A stretch of 64,000 nucleotides of DNA from Patescibacteria group bacterium UBA2772 (GCA_002352545.1 DEIO01000026.1:4099-68098); one strand, 5' to 3'; counted from the first letter of the stretch, positions 1 to 9,598 are shown. A program made the numbers and translations. Notes: generated from the letters alone by a model not told the origin.

Positions 1-2
1 AA

Positions 3-224
3 AGATACCCCTTCTTATTTTCTGAAGTTAATCCCTTTTTTGGTCTGATTAAATTCTGGGCTAATACTGTACGTCAAAACAGGAATCCTATATCGGGGGA
101 ATCGTCTAATCTCTTTAGCCAACTATTCTACTGGACTACTGCCAACACCTCCCGTACACTCAAAATCATTCACGATATTAAGGTATCAGGAACTAGAGAA
201 TCTGTATGTACAAAGTATGCCTAA
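3..224 (+). CDS. 3' end of an unidentified CDS entering from the left edge
   Basis: Frame 3 is open from base 3 to TAA at 222-224 (..PFFGLIKFWANTVRQ..TLKIIHDIKVSGTRESVCTKYA*). A hairpin plus T-run follows. Family not recognised. Confidence 0.3.
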   Translation, partial: RYPFLFSEVNPFFGLIKFWANTVRQNRNPISGESSNLFSQLFYWTTANTSRTLKIIHDIKVSGTRESVCTKYA

Positions 225-256
225 AGTTTTCTCGTTGTTTTAATTCTATTTTTCAT

Positions 257-291
257 AAAGGCGGTATTAATTTAATACGTATCGCCTTTTT
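257..291 (+). terminator. intrinsic terminator-like hairpin
   Basis: AAAGGCG ... CGCCTTTTT with inner GTATTA/TAATAC pairing, just downstream of the partial CDS. Confidence 0.45.
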
Positions 292-312
292 CCTACTATT
301 TTATTTCTATCT

Positions 313-343
313 AAAAAATTAAAACAGCCTTTTGAGCTGTTTT
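313..343 (-). terminator. terminator-like hairpin downstream of tRNA-Val
   Basis: On the minus strand AAAACAGC-TCAAAAG-GCTGTTTT is followed by AATTTTTT, immediately 3' of the tRNA. Confidence 0.45.
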
Positions 344-353
344 AATGACATAG

Positions 354-427
354 TGGACAATGGGGGATTCGAACCTCCGACCTCATGCGTGTCGAGCATG
401 TGCTCTAACCAACTGAGCTAATTGTCC
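354..427 (-). tRNA. tRNA-Val (anticodon GAC)
   Basis: The reverse complement GGACAATTAGCTCAGTTGGTTAGAGCACATGCTCGACACGCATGAGGTCGGAGGTTCGAATCCCCCATTGTCCA folds as a cloverleaf with a 7-bp acceptor stem, a GTTCGAATC T-loop and a CATGC/GCATG anticodon stem. The loop is TCGACAC, which puts C rather than U at position 33. Confidence 0.75.
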
Positions 428-572
428 TTTTTACATTTATGGACTCTTACATCTTACTCATATTAAAAACTTTTTTCAAGTATCTACTTTCAAGATAGTT
501 CTTTTATATTTTACATTACGCCCCCAAGATGTTATCTTTAATGATAGATTTTGATAATTTTAAGATGCATAA

Positions 573-1103
573 ATGTTTTCTGAAAACCAAGCTTTCGTTA
601 TTTATACTTTATGTTTTGTAACTTTTATTCTTTTGATTTGGAATATATCACAACAATTCACACTTTCTACCTTTAAAAAAAACCAAAAAGTTCTTTTTAA
701 AGGCAATAAAGTTAAAAATCTAGAAGAAATTATATTAGAGAATCAACAAGCTTCGTCTTCTGCAGATAAGGACATTTCTGATCTATACCAAATCACAACT
801 AAGATACACGAATTGGCGCATTTGGGTCTGCATAAAATTGGAATGATCAGATTCAACCCATTTCGAGATATTGGTGGTGACCAAAGCTTCTCAATTGCTC
901 TTCTGGATGGTAAAAACAATGGTTTAATTCTTTCTTCAATATATTCTAGAGATGGCGTACGTGTATACACAAAATCGATTCAACAAGGAATTTCCGAGAA
1001 ACATCCTTTAACTGAAGAAGAAAAGAGAGCAATTGAAATTGCCTCTTTAACAAAATTTGCAGAAACAAAAAAAATAGGAAGTTTTTTAACTCCAAACAGT
1101 TGA
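573..1103 (+). CDS. DUF4446 family protein (N-terminal TM helix)
   Basis: The motif block GMIRFNPFRDIGGDQSFSIALLDGKNNGLILSSIYSRDGVRVYTK matches the pattern I recall for DUF4446. One N-terminal hydrophobic helix. Confidence 0.6.
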   Translation: MFSENQAFVIYTLCFVTFILLIWNISQQFTLSTFKKNQKVLFKGNKVKNLEEIILENQQASSSADKDISDLYQITTKIHELAHLGLHKIGMIRFNPFRDIGGDQSFSIALLDGKNNGLILSSIYSRDGVRVYTKSIQQGISEKHPLTEEEKRAIEIASLTKFAETKKIGSFLTPNS

Positions 1104-1189
1104 CTATTACCATATTTACTGCTATAAAAGAACATTGCACTAGATGTTGCGATTTTCATATTATAACAACATAACTAAACTCAAACTTA

Positions 1190-2983
1190 ATGCCTACAAC
1201 AACAAAAAATCAAAAAAAAGTTAAAATTCCTCTTCAAATAACTGTTGGAGATCTTGCAAAGCGACTTGAAATAAGTGCCACTGAAATTATCAAAAATTTG
1301 ATAAAAAATGGTGTTATGGCTTCTATCAATGAAACTATAGATTATGAAACAGCTGCACTAATCACAGAAGAACTTGGCTTCAAAACAGAAGTTGAAGATG
1401 TTGTGATCAATGATGAAATTCTTACAGTTGAAAAGCTGGGAGAGATTCTAAAATTGGAGAATGAGAATTCGGAAAAATTAACAGAAAGAGCTCCTATTGT
1501 TACGATTCTAGGACATGTTGATCATGGGAAAACCACTCTTTTAGACACATTAAGAAAAACACATGTAGCAGAAAAAGAATCTGGTGGAATAACTCAACAC
1601 ATAAGTGCGTATCAAGCAATCAAGAAGGATAAGCTTATCACTTTCATTGACACTCCTGGGCATGAAGCGTTTGCAGCAATGAGACAACGTGGTGCCGGAA
1701 TAGCTGATATTGCTATCTTAGTTGTTGCAGCCGATGATGGGGTTAAGCCTCAGACTAAAGAGGTTGCTAAATTTTTAACTGAAAATAAAATACCAACAAT
1801 TGTTGCTGTTAATAAAATTGATAAACCAGACGCAAATATAGGAAAAGTGAAGCAAGAATTAGCAGAAGTAGGTATTCTAGTTGAAGGTTATGGTGGAGAC
1901 ATTCCTCTTAATGAAATTTCAGCCAAAGAAAGCATCGGACTAGATGAACTACTGGAAACAATTCTTTTAGTCTCAGAAGTTCAATCTTTCAAAGCTAATG
2001 AAAATAGAGGTGCGCTAGGTGTTGTCTTAGAAGCTCATAAAGACCCTCAGAAAGGCGCGGTTGCAACGGTTCTTATTAAAACAGGGACTCTTAAGATCGG
2101 ACAAGATATCACAATTGGAGGAATCAATGGACGAGTAAGAAAAATTGAAGATTATTCAGGCAAATCAATTAAATCGGCTTCTCCTTCTATGCCAGTTACC
2201 CTAATTGGTCTACCAGACGTTCCAAATAGTAGTGACGTTTTACAAGTACAAGATAAACAACTTGATAGACGTAAAAAGAAATTACTAGCCAGACAAAGCT
2301 ATACCGTTGCTAGAGGTGCTGTAGCAAGTAATTCTCAAGATCTCATCAGAAATATTGATGCGGCTCTAATGAAAAAATTCTCAATTGTCATCAAAAGTGA
2401 CGTAAAAGGTACCTTGGAGGCTATAATACAAATACTTAAAACTATCCCTTCAAATGAAGTTACGTTGGACATACTATACGCTGGAGTTGGTCCAATTACA
2501 GAAACTGATGTCCAGTCTGCTCAAACAGGTAGTGCAGCAATTTATGGATTTAATGTTTCACCCACCTCAATTGCAAACAGGTTTGCTGAAGACAGTAAGG
2601 TCCCAATAAAGTCATACAATGTTATTTATGAACTCGTAGAAGATGTAAAGGAGCAAATGTCAGAACTTCTAGATCCAGAAATAAAAAGGGTTGACCTTGG
2701 AAGACTAAAGGTTTTAGCTGTTTTCAAAAATTTGAAAAAGGGAATGGTTGTTGGCGGAAAAGTTATGAACGGCAAATTAATAAAAGGTAATTTCCTAGAA
2801 ATCCTACGGAACAAAGAAATAGAGGGAACTGGAAATTTAATTCAGTTACAGCAGAATAAACAAGATGTTGCTGAAGTAAAGGAAGGTTTAGAATGTGGAA
2901 TTACATTTGAAGGAAAAGAGAGAATTTTTCCAGGAGATACGATTCTATGTTATAAAGAAGAACAAATTAAGAGAAAATTATAA
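1190..2983 (+). CDS. infB: translation initiation factor IF-2 (short N-terminus)
   Basis: GTPase motifs [20 protein letters not shown] and NKID, followed by IF-2 C-terminal domains. rbfA lies immediately downstream. Confidence 0.95.
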   Translation: MPTTTKNQKKVKIPLQITVGDLAKRLEISATEIIKNLIKNGVMASINETIDYETAALITEELGFKTEVEDVVINDEILTVEKLGEILKLENENSEKLTERAPIVTILGHVDHGKTTLLDTLRKTHVAEKESGGITQHISAYQAIKKDKLITFIDTPGHEAFAAMRQRGAGIADIAILVVAADDGVKPQTKEVAKFLTENKIPTIVAVNKIDKPDANIGKVKQELAEVGILVEGYGGDIPLNEISAKESIGLDELLETILLVSEVQSFKANENRGALGVVLEAHKDPQKGAVATVLIKTGTLKIGQDITIGGINGRVRKIEDYSGKSIKSASPSMPVTLIGLPDVPNSSDVLQVQDKQLDRRKKKLLARQSYTVARGAVASNSQDLIRNIDAALMKKFSIVIKSDVKGTLEAIIQILKTIPSNEVTLDILYAGVGPITETDVQSAQTGSAAIYGFNVSPTSIANRFAEDSKVPIKSYNVIYELVEDVKEQMSELLDPEIKRVDLGRLKVLAVFKNLKKGMVVGGKVMNGKLIKGNFLEILRNKEIEGTGNLIQLQQNKQDVAEVKEGLECGITFEGKERIFPGDTILCYKEEQIKRKL

Positions 2984-2989
2984 TAGCTT

Positions 2990-3331
2990 ATGTCAGAAAG
3001 AATAGAAAAAATCAACGATTTCATCAGGGACAAAGTCTCTGAAATAATTCAAAGGGAACTCTCCTTGAAAAAAAGTGTTTTTGTTTCGATTATCAAGGTC
3101 ACTACTACAATAGACCTTGAAAGTGCTAAAATAATGGTTAGTGTTTTTCCTGAAAAAGAAAGGGATTACGCTATGAAAACACTACAAAAAGAGATTTATC
3201 GAATTCAGGGAGCACTGAATAAAACACTACAAATTCGATGTATACCTAAAATCGAATTTACTTTAGACAAAACTCAAGAAAAGGTTGAAAAACTAGAATC
3301 CGTCTTTAAACAAATAAAAGAGGAGAGGTAA
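2990..3331 (+). CDS. rbfA: ribosome-binding factor A
   Basis: 113 aa, RbfA-like pattern (..VSIIKVTTTIDLESAKIMVSVF..IPKIEFTLDKT), in the conserved position after infB. Confidence 0.85.
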   Translation: MSERIEKINDFIRDKVSEIIQRELSLKKSVFVSIIKVTTTIDLESAKIMVSVFPEKERDYAMKTLQKEIYRIQGALNKTLQIRCIPKIEFTLDKTQEKVEKLESVFKQIKEER

Positions 3332-3340
3332 ACAAGAAAA

Positions 3341-4318
3341 GTGATGTCTTTCATTGAAGAGTTTAGAAAACTAGCAGCTATCCTAGAAAATGCACAAAAC
3401 ATTCTTCTTACGATACACCCAAGACCAGATGCTGATGCACTAGGTTCTGCTTTTGCTCTAAATAGTTATATAGAAAAAACCTTTCCTGCTAAAAAAGTTA
3501 CTATTTATACTGTAGACCAACCAGGAAAACAACTAGCACAACTTTTTAAAGAATATTCTGTTGTTAATAAATTTTCTTACCAAGATTTTGATTCTTTTAT
3601 TTTTTTAGATCGTGGATCTATTTTTTATGAACTTGGATTTAACAAATTTCTATTAAAACCACAGTTTCTGAATAAAATTGCCAACATAGACCATCACAAT
3701 AAAGGAGCTTTGATACCAGATGCTTTGAATATAGTAAACTCTAAATCCTCTGCTACTTGCGAAATAGTTTATGACTTTTTTAAACAAATTTCCTTTAAAC
3801 TAGACTTTAAAACTGCACAATTTCTCTTAAATGGGATATTTGCAGACACTGGCGGATTTAGACACAGCAACACCTCACCAAAAACATTAGAAACTGCGAG
3901 CGATTTAATGCGCAAAGGAGCTTCTATTACGAAGGTAAACCGAGTTTTATTTGCAAATAAATCATTGGATACATTGAAATTATGGGGAGTTGCATTAGAA
4001 AGAGCACAATTAAACAAAAATACTGGGATGGCAGTGTCTTTTATTACTAAAAAAGACTTGGAAAAATGTCATGCAACAATTCATGACTTAGGAGGAATTT
4101 CCGAAATGCTCAACACCATTTCTGGAAGCAAATTTTCCTTAGTTCTCTCGGAAAGACCAAATAATAAGGTTAAAGCCAGCTTACGTTCTGATGAACATAA
4201 AAAAATTGATGTTTCGGAAATAGCTAGAGAATTTAAGGGTGGTGGACATAAACTTTCTAGTGGATTTGAAATAGAAGGTAAATTAAAAAAACTTGCTGGC
4301 TCCTGGATAATTGAATAA
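3341..4318 (+). CDS. DHH/DHHA1 family phosphoesterase (NrnA-like oligoribonuclease/pAp phosphatase)
   Basis: HPRPDADALGS, IDHH and a C-terminal GGGH (DHHA1) motif. GTG start per the ORF track. Confidence 0.8.
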   Translation: MMSFIEEFRKLAAILENAQNILLTIHPRPDADALGSAFALNSYIEKTFPAKKVTIYTVDQPGKQLAQLFKEYSVVNKFSYQDFDSFIFLDRGSIFYELGFNKFLLKPQFLNKIANIDHHNKGALIPDALNIVNSKSSATCEIVYDFFKQISFKLDFKTAQFLLNGIFADTGGFRHSNTSPKTLETASDLMRKGASITKVNRVLFANKSLDTLKLWGVALERAQLNKNTGMAVSFITKKDLEKCHATIHDLGGISEMLNTISGSKFSLVLSERPNNKVKASLRSDEHKKIDVSEIAREFKGGGHKLSSGFEIEGKLKKLAGSWIIE

Positions 4319-4327
4319 AAAAATAAT

Positions 4328-5179
4328 ATGTCTAAAATTGGTACTCACGTTTCAATTGCAAAAGGAATAGAATTGGCTCCCGAAAGAGCAGCTATTTTAA
4401 ACTGTGAATTTTTCCAACTATTCTCAAAATCGCCAAGAGGTGGTAATGCTAAAGAAATAACACTCGAAGTAGCAAGGAAATTTATCCTGGCATGCAAAGA
4501 AAACGACTTTAAACCATGGAAATCAAACGTTATTCATTCAGCTTATTTTATTAACTTAGCAAGTAAAAATAACCGTATTTTCTATGGATCTATAAGTTCC
4601 TTAAAAAAAGAGTTGGAAATTGCAAATCTTTTACAAATTCCTTTTGTAGTTACTCATATCGGTAGTGCAAAAGACCTTGATGGTGACGAAAAAAGAGAAG
4701 ACTCTTATCTTAAGGTTGAAAAAGGATTAGAAAAGGTATTAGAGAACTATACCGGAAAAGCAAAGTTATTATTGGAGAATGCCGCTGACAGCGGAAATAT
4801 ACTAGGTAATTCAATTGAGGAAATTGCTCATTTTACAAACAAATTTGAAAATATCGGTTTTTGCATGGACACCTGTCATTCCTTTGTTGCCGGCTATGAT
4901 TTGCGTAAAAAAAACCAAGTCCAGGAATTTTTTAATGAAATAGATAAAAAAATAGGTCTCAAAAAATTAAAATTAATTCATTTAAACGATTCTTTAACAG
5001 AATTTAATTCCAAGGTTGACAGACATGATCACCTAGGAAAAGGTAAAATTGGAAAAGAGGGTATTAGCGCTGTTATCGAGACTGCAAAAAAGAAAAACAT
5101 TCCTATGGTTATTGAGACAAAACCAGACGGAGTTATTAAAGACATCGAATTTGCAAAGAGAATACGTGACTCTTTCTAG
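4328..5179 (+). CDS. nfo: deoxyribonuclease IV (endonuclease IV)
   Basis: Motifs HSAYFINLAS, VTHIGS, LLENAA, CMDTCH, IHLNDS and DRHDHLGKGKIG are typical of the Nfo TIM-barrel AP endonuclease. Confidence 0.9.
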   Translation: MSKIGTHVSIAKGIELAPERAAILNCEFFQLFSKSPRGGNAKEITLEVARKFILACKENDFKPWKSNVIHSAYFINLASKNNRIFYGSISSLKKELEIANLLQIPFVVTHIGSAKDLDGDEKREDSYLKVEKGLEKVLENYTGKAKLLLENAADSGNILGNSIEEIAHFTNKFENIGFCMDTCHSFVAGYDLRKKNQVQEFFNEIDKKIGLKKLKLIHLNDSLTEFNSKVDRHDHLGKGKIGKEGISAVIETAKKKNIPMVIETKPDGVIKDIEFAKRIRDSF

Positions 5180-5239
5180 CCTTCAGTATTGACCAAACGG
5201 GTCAATGTTGTTATTGTATTAGAGTAGTTTTTTACGACT

Positions 5240-5310
5240 GGTCCGATGGCCGAGTGGTTAGGCAAAGGTCTGCAAAACCTTCTACAGCGGTTCAATCCCG
5301 CTTCGGACCT
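5240..5310 (+). tRNA. tRNA-Cys (anticodon GCA)
   Basis: GGTCCGA acceptor pairs with TCGGACC. Anticodon arm is AAGGT-CTGCAAA-ACCTT, T-arm AGCGG-TTCAATC-CCGCT, with a 3-bp D-stem carrying a G13/A22 mismatch as in Cys tRNAs. Confidence 0.9.
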
Positions 5311-5333
5311 CAAAGATTTTACAAATCTAATTT

Positions 5334-5417
5334 GCCCGGGTGGTGGAATTGGTAGACACGAGGGACTTAAAATCCCTTGAACGCAAGTTCGTGCGGGTTC
5401 AAGTCCCGCCCCGGGCA
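5334..5417 (+). tRNA. tRNA-Leu (anticodon TAA)
   Basis: GCCCGGG/CCCGGGC acceptor, anticodon arm AGGGA-CTTAAAA-TCCCT, long variable arm, T-arm GCGGG-TTCAAGT-CCCGC. Confidence 0.9.
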
Positions 5418-5426
5418 CACTATTTT

Positions 5427-5453
5427 AAAAAACGAGATTTATCTCGTTTTTTT
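5427..5453. terminator. bidirectional intrinsic terminator
   Basis: AAAAAACGAGA-TTTA-TCTCGTTTTTTT, flanked by A-runs and T-runs on both sides. It sits between tRNA-Leu (+) and the end of the pgeF remnant (-). Confidence 0.7.
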
Positions 5454-5482
5454 ATTACATAAAATATATTTACCAAACTAGA

Positions 5483-6233
5483 CTACTTCAGATAAATTCC
5501 AACCGCATTTCTCCCTAGATCAGATTTTCTCCGAACTGAAAAAATTCATCTTCACCACAAACTGTACATTGTTTATTTATCTCAATATTCTCAGATAAAA
5601 TTCCTTCTTTTAATAAAATGGATTTATTCATGTTCCACAAATCTATATAAAAACCTTTTTTGCTTTTTGCTAAAGCTTGATAGTCTATTCCAAATTCATT
5701 CTCAAACATACTAAAAACGTCCTCTTTTACTTCAAAACAACAAGGTCCTATAGAAGGCCCTATTCCAACAATAATATCCAAAACATTACATCCAAACTCT
5801 TGTTTCATTCTTTTTACCGTCTTCTTGGCGATTCTACGAAGTGTACCTTGCCAGCCACCATAAACAACAGCAATTACCTTTTTTTTTATCAAAAAACATC
5901 ATTGGAACACAATCAGCAACCAAAATCACCAAACACAGTTCTTTAGCTTTCGTGACAACACCATCGGCAGAAAAAATGGCTGTTTCTCTTTCAAACACAC
6001 CTTTGCCTTCATCATTTTTTTCACACTAGCAATCTGCTCTTTATGGACTTGATCTAAAAAAATAAATTTATCCAAAGAAACCCCTATTTTCTCAGCCATT
6101 TTTTTCTATTTTCTAAAACAAACTCTTTTTTATCTCCTGTATGTAAAGCTTGATTTCCTAAGCTTTTAGTAGTAATAAAATGCCCCACCTCAAAATCAAA
6201 CTTGGAAAAATTTTTAAATCTTTTTATTGTCAT
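5483..6233 (-). pseudogene. pgeF: pgeF/YfiH (DUF152, polyphenol-oxidase-like peptidoglycan editing factor) disrupted by three frameshifts
   Basis: Hand translation of the minus strand gives four segments in different frames. Segment 1 is MTIKRFKNF..MAEKIGVSLDKFIFLDQVHKEQIASV. Segment 2 is EKNDEGKGVFERETAIFSADGVVTKAKELCLVILVADCVPMMFFDKKK. Segment 3 is the listed ORF 5515-5892 (KVIAVVYGGWQGT..GPCCFEV..CTVCGEDEFF). Segment 4 is SVRRKSDLGRNAVGIYLK* ending at 5483. Each frame change sits in a homopolymer run: plus-strand T7 at 6015-6021, T9 at 5879-5887 and A6 at 5539-5544. Confidence 0.7.
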
Positions 6234-6282
6234 CTAAATATTCTTAAATTATACAAGAAATATAGCATATATAATGATAAAC

Positions 6283-6312
6283 AAAAAAACCGAGTAAAAG
6301 CTCGGTTTTTTT
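6283..6312 (-). terminator. intrinsic terminator after the 3D-domain gene
   Basis: AAAAAAACCGAG-TAAAAG-CTCGGTTTTTTT, 17 nt beyond the stop codon of the minus-strand gene. Confidence 0.7.
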
Positions 6313-6328
6313 GTTTATCTGAATTTCC

Positions 6329-6937
6329 TTATTTTTCTATTTTAGCAGCAACAACTCTTTTACCCCAATGCAGTGCCTCACCTCTTGACTGAAACCACAT
6401 ATCAAAATGGTCTCCCTTGATCGCTCCCCCACGATCTTCACACACATATATTCCTCTGTCTTCAATCGAAATCTTAGTCCCGAATGGATATTGAGGTGGA
6501 CAAGCCATTGTACCTAAATGTACTTTAGTACCACTTGCTGTGGTAAATGGGTCGCCCCATGTTTGATCGAGAGTAGAAGAATATCCCGTTACTAGAATAT
6601 CTATTCCTTCGCTAGGTGGTGTATAAGCATCCAATCTTGGTTTATAATATGCCAATCTTTTTTCATTTTTTGTTAAAGCCTTTTTGTCTTGTGTCTTTTT
6701 ATCCTCTTCTTTTATTGTCTTAAAATTCAACAAATTATTCGATAGTTTCGACCTATCTTCTTGTCTTGTATTTACTGAAATTATCCCTGATTGTGTTATT
6801 TTTTTTATAACGTTACCTTTTTTTTTAATAATTTTATTGTCTATTGCTTCAACAGAAACTATTGCAGTTGAAAGGAACGCTGCTAAACACATTGCTGGGA
6901 ATAATAATTTTGCGAAACTTCGCATTAATTGTTTCAA
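6329..6937 (-). CDS. secreted 3D-domain protein (MltA/YuiC-like cell-wall-binding or lytic domain)
   Basis: N-terminal signal peptide (LLFPAMCLAAFLSTAIVSVEA). C-terminal block GDPFTTASGTKVHLGTMACPPQYPFGTKISIEDRGIYVCEDRGGAIKGDHFDMWF is typical of the 3D domain. Confidence 0.7.
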   Translation of the reverse strand: MKQLMRSFAKLLFPAMCLAAFLSTAIVSVEAIDNKIIKKKGNVIKKITQSGIISVNTRQEDRSKLSNNLLNFKTIKEEDKKTQDKKALTKNEKRLAYYKPRLDAYTPPSEGIDILVTGYSSTLDQTWGDPFTTASGTKVHLGTMACPPQYPFGTKISIEDRGIYVCEDRGGAIKGDHFDMWFQSRGEALHWGKRVVAAKIEK

Positions 6938-7075
6938 ACTTGTTATGCCTCTTATGAGGCCTATTTACAGACTATTATGACTAAACAATAGCTTTATAAA
7001 CAGATCTAATAACATACTTACCAAAACAAATCATTATTAGAAATTAACCCTTTAAATATTGAAGGTTAATAATCA

Positions 7076-7104
7076 ACTATAACATGTTTTGATGTTTTTG
7101 TCAA
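7076..7104 (-). promoter_or_regulatory. sigma-70-like promoter for the 3D-domain gene
   Basis: The minus strand reads TTGACA (7104-7099), a 17-nt spacer, then TATAGT (7081-7076), about 140 nt upstream of the ATG at 6937. Confidence 0.5.
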
Positions 7105-7121
7105 TATAACCAACCAGAAAC

Positions 7122-7154
7122 AAAAACATCACGTCCGAGGATGTGATGTTTTTT
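7122..7154 (-). terminator. strong bidirectional hairpin terminator
   Basis: AAAAACATCAC-GTCCGAGGAT-GTGATGTTTTT: an 11-bp stem with T-runs on both strands. It lies about 270 nt downstream of the CAP-domain gene stop. Confidence 0.65.
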
Positions 7155-7420
7155 CGATTACCCTAAATAGGGTTAGAGCAGAGAATTCCGCCCTTTATTG
7201 TGAACAAATTTGTGATTTGTTTTGATTCTAGGATCATTTCTAACCCCACTCTAACTATGCACTTTTAGTTATTATATCCTTATCTTGTCGTGCGATTAAC
7301 TAGACTGGCTTTAGAGACGATTCCTTTGGTTTATTCAGTTGTAAGGTACTTTTTTTGTTTTATTTAAATCTTGTTACTAAACAGTCTTTTATTACAATTA
7401 CTTGGCAACAAGTCACTTCT

Positions 7421-8479
7421 CTATACGATTTCTTCATCCTGGCATTCATCTAACAATCTTGCTTCTTCTTTCTCTAGAATCCAAACATTGGCAACCATCA
7501 CTAAACATATCAACACGAATCCTGCTAAAATTATATTATGAGAGATAATCATGCTTGTCTCCATACCATTCGATGCATTTTTAACTGAAGCAATAATTAC
7601 TTGTGAATCAATTTTCTCTTTTTTTTCATTTTCCAAATAATCTAAGTATTGATATTTAGGAATTTGATGAAAGATAGCCTTTTCTTCGCTAATTTTAACC
7701 TTTATAGTAACTTTGTTTTCTCTTAGATTTTCCTTGTCCAAACTTACCAAATTCATATATTTATTACCTGGTAATTGCTCTAATTCATGTTTTTCTTTTC
7801 CAATAATAACCATCGCTCCATTGACTTGCCCTGATGTTTTGACATAAATCAACATTTCATCACCGTCCTTCCCTTCCCAAGGACGTACAGACGCTTCTAT
7901 TATTTCAATATTATTACCGTTTAAAAAGTCTATTTCACTTCTGTCATCCTCACTATCCATTTCTGTCTGTTCTTTAATCATTCTTTCTTCTACGAAAGGT
8001 GTCGCGAAAAACTGAACAGCAATATTTGTCTCGGACTTCCCATCTTCAACAATCCCCTTAAGAACTGCTACTCCTATTTCTGTATATTTTTCAGATACAA
8101 TATTCTCTTTGTGCGTAGGACTCTTCATCCAAGCCTTGTGGACCGCATTAGCCGTTCTAAAATCCATGGCCAAATTTTCTCCTGCATACTTATATTGGTA
8201 ATCAACTTTGGCAATCCAATGCCAAGGATCAACTCCATCGGGTGAAGTATGCGCAAAATAATTATACCCTATCATATTTTCAGCTTTTAAAGTAGCTGCC
8301 TTATCAAGCGCTTTACTTCTTCTTAAGATACTTTTCCCTTGTTTCTGACGTTCAATATTAACATTTTCAACTATCTCATCACTTAAGTCACTCGCATTGG
8401 CATTAAGCGTAAAAAATACTCCAATTACAACAACCGGTATCAGTAAAAGTCTATTCAGTTGTATTTTGTATTTTTGCAT
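7421..8479 (-). CDS. CAP/SCP (PR-1-like, YkwD-type) domain protein with signal peptide and C-terminal TM anchor
   Basis: NIERQKQGKSILRRSKALDKAATLKAENM..YFAHTSPDGVDPWHWI..AGENLA..VHKAWMKSPTHKENI is the CAP-domain signature. Hydrophobic N-terminal and C-terminal segments. Confidence 0.75.
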   Translation of the reverse strand: MQKYKIQLNRLLLIPVVVIGVFFTLNANASDLSDEIVENVNIERQKQGKSILRRSKALDKAATLKAENMIGYNYFAHTSPDGVDPWHWIAKVDYQYKYAGENLAMDFRTANAVHKAWMKSPTHKENIVSEKYTEIGVAVLKGIVEDGKSETNIAVQFFATPFVEERMIKEQTEMDSEDDRSEIDFLNGNNIEIIEASVRPWEGKDGDEMLIYVKTSGQVNGAMVIIGKEKHELEQLPGNKYMNLVSLDKENLRENKVTIKVKISEEKAIFHQIPKYQYLDYLENEKKEKIDSQVIIASVKNASNGMETSMIISHNIILAGFVLICLVMVANVWILEKEEARLLDECQDEEIV

Positions 8480-8651
8480 TTTGTTTTGGTGTTTGATCAG
8501 TATATGTTCATCTACTATTCTTTTATCTCTTATCTCTTTGTCCTCTGGATTTTAAGATAACAAAAATGGGAGATCAACACCCTGATCACCCGTAATTAAC
8601 TCACAAATACAGTATACATCATTGAAAGCATTTTGTCAATCATACAATTTC

Positions 8652-9593
8652 CTAATTCAGTTGTTGCATTCTTTTATTAGCCTCTTTTATCATTGTTATT
8701 CTGTGTGGCTTAGGTAAAAACACTAAAGCTGTTTCACTATAACGAATATCAGCATCTTTCCAATATGTTTTTGGATTTTTTTTTATTTTCTTGATCATAA
8801 TCCTTCTAGAAAAATCATTTATCAAGTTAGCAATTCTTGTTTTTTCAAGCAAAAATTCGATACTTTCTTGCATCATCATAATAAAACCAACTCTCTCTAA
8901 ATTAATAACATCATTCTCAAAAACTTCTTCTTTTGTGTAGTTTGGTTTAATTCCTTGAATCCAAAATTCATTCATTTGTAAAAATCTCTTATAAATAGCA
9001 CCTCCTATAAGAAACATTGATGTTGAAACAAAATTAGCAGAAAACTCGTTATACTCTTCCAAAATAAGTCCATTTTCTGTTATATAGTGATTTAGACAAA
9101 AACGTTCCTTGACTTTATTACCATGCCTTCTTTTCGCAGTTAACTGCAAAACAATTGCTACTAAAAGCCTTCCTATCCAAATTCTTCCCTTCGCTAAAAC
9201 CAATAAGATATCCCAGTCACTATTTGACTTAGCATTTTTCATTGACAATGTTCCTGTAAGAAAAGCACCTCTGACAAAGGGTACTATTTCCAACATTTTA
9301 ACCCATTTTCTAAGCCTCCTTAATTTTGAAGTTGATATTTTATACGCAACAGAACGCTTCTTGACTAATTCTTCGTCTCCTTTCAAAAAGAACATGCCGT
9401 CCTTTTGGGAAATACTTTTTAAAAGCTTTTTATTCTTCAGCGCTGTTTGAACCTCTAAAAAAGAAAATCTTTCTCTTCCACTATTAACTTGAAAAAGGTT
9501 TCTCCACAATTCAAAAAGTGTTAGTGGATAATTCATAGCACCGAAGTATGCTAAAGTAAAAACTATATTTTCATCCAATGGATTGCTTTTCAT
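8652..9593 (-). CDS. hypothetical protein, possible nucleotidyltransferase fold
   Basis: 313-aa ORF. GTLSMKNAKSNSDWDILLV resembles the G[ST]..DxD NTase motif. No firm family. Confidence 0.35.
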   Translation of the reverse strand: MKSNPLDENIVFTLAYFGAMNYPLTLFELWRNLFQVNSGRERFSFLEVQTALKNKKLLKSISQKDGMFFLKGDEELVKKRSVAYKISTSKLRRLRKWVKMLEIVPFVRGAFLTGTLSMKNAKSNSDWDILLVLAKGRIWIGRLLVAIVLQLTAKRRHGNKVKERFCLNHYITENGLILEEYNEFSANFVSTSMFLIGGAIYKRFLQMNEFWIQGIKPNYTKEEVFENDVINLERVGFIMMMQESIEFLLEKTRIANLINDFSRRIMIKKIKKNPKTYWKDADIRYSETALVFLPKPHRITMIKEANKRMQQLN

Positions 9594-9598
9594 CTTTT

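Noticed and set aside
5176-5418. 80-aa minus-strand ORF
   Set aside because: It lies entirely over tRNA-Cys and tRNA-Leu on the opposite strand, so it is a translation artefact.
6938-7330. c-di-AMP (ydaO-type) riboswitch controlling the 3D-domain cell-wall gene
   Set aside because: The context is suggestive, since ydaO elements often precede cell-wall hydrolase genes. I could not find the conserved ydaO core motifs. In addition, a near-consensus promoter (7104-7076) lies downstream of the terminator hairpin, so the structured segment is not the leader of that gene.
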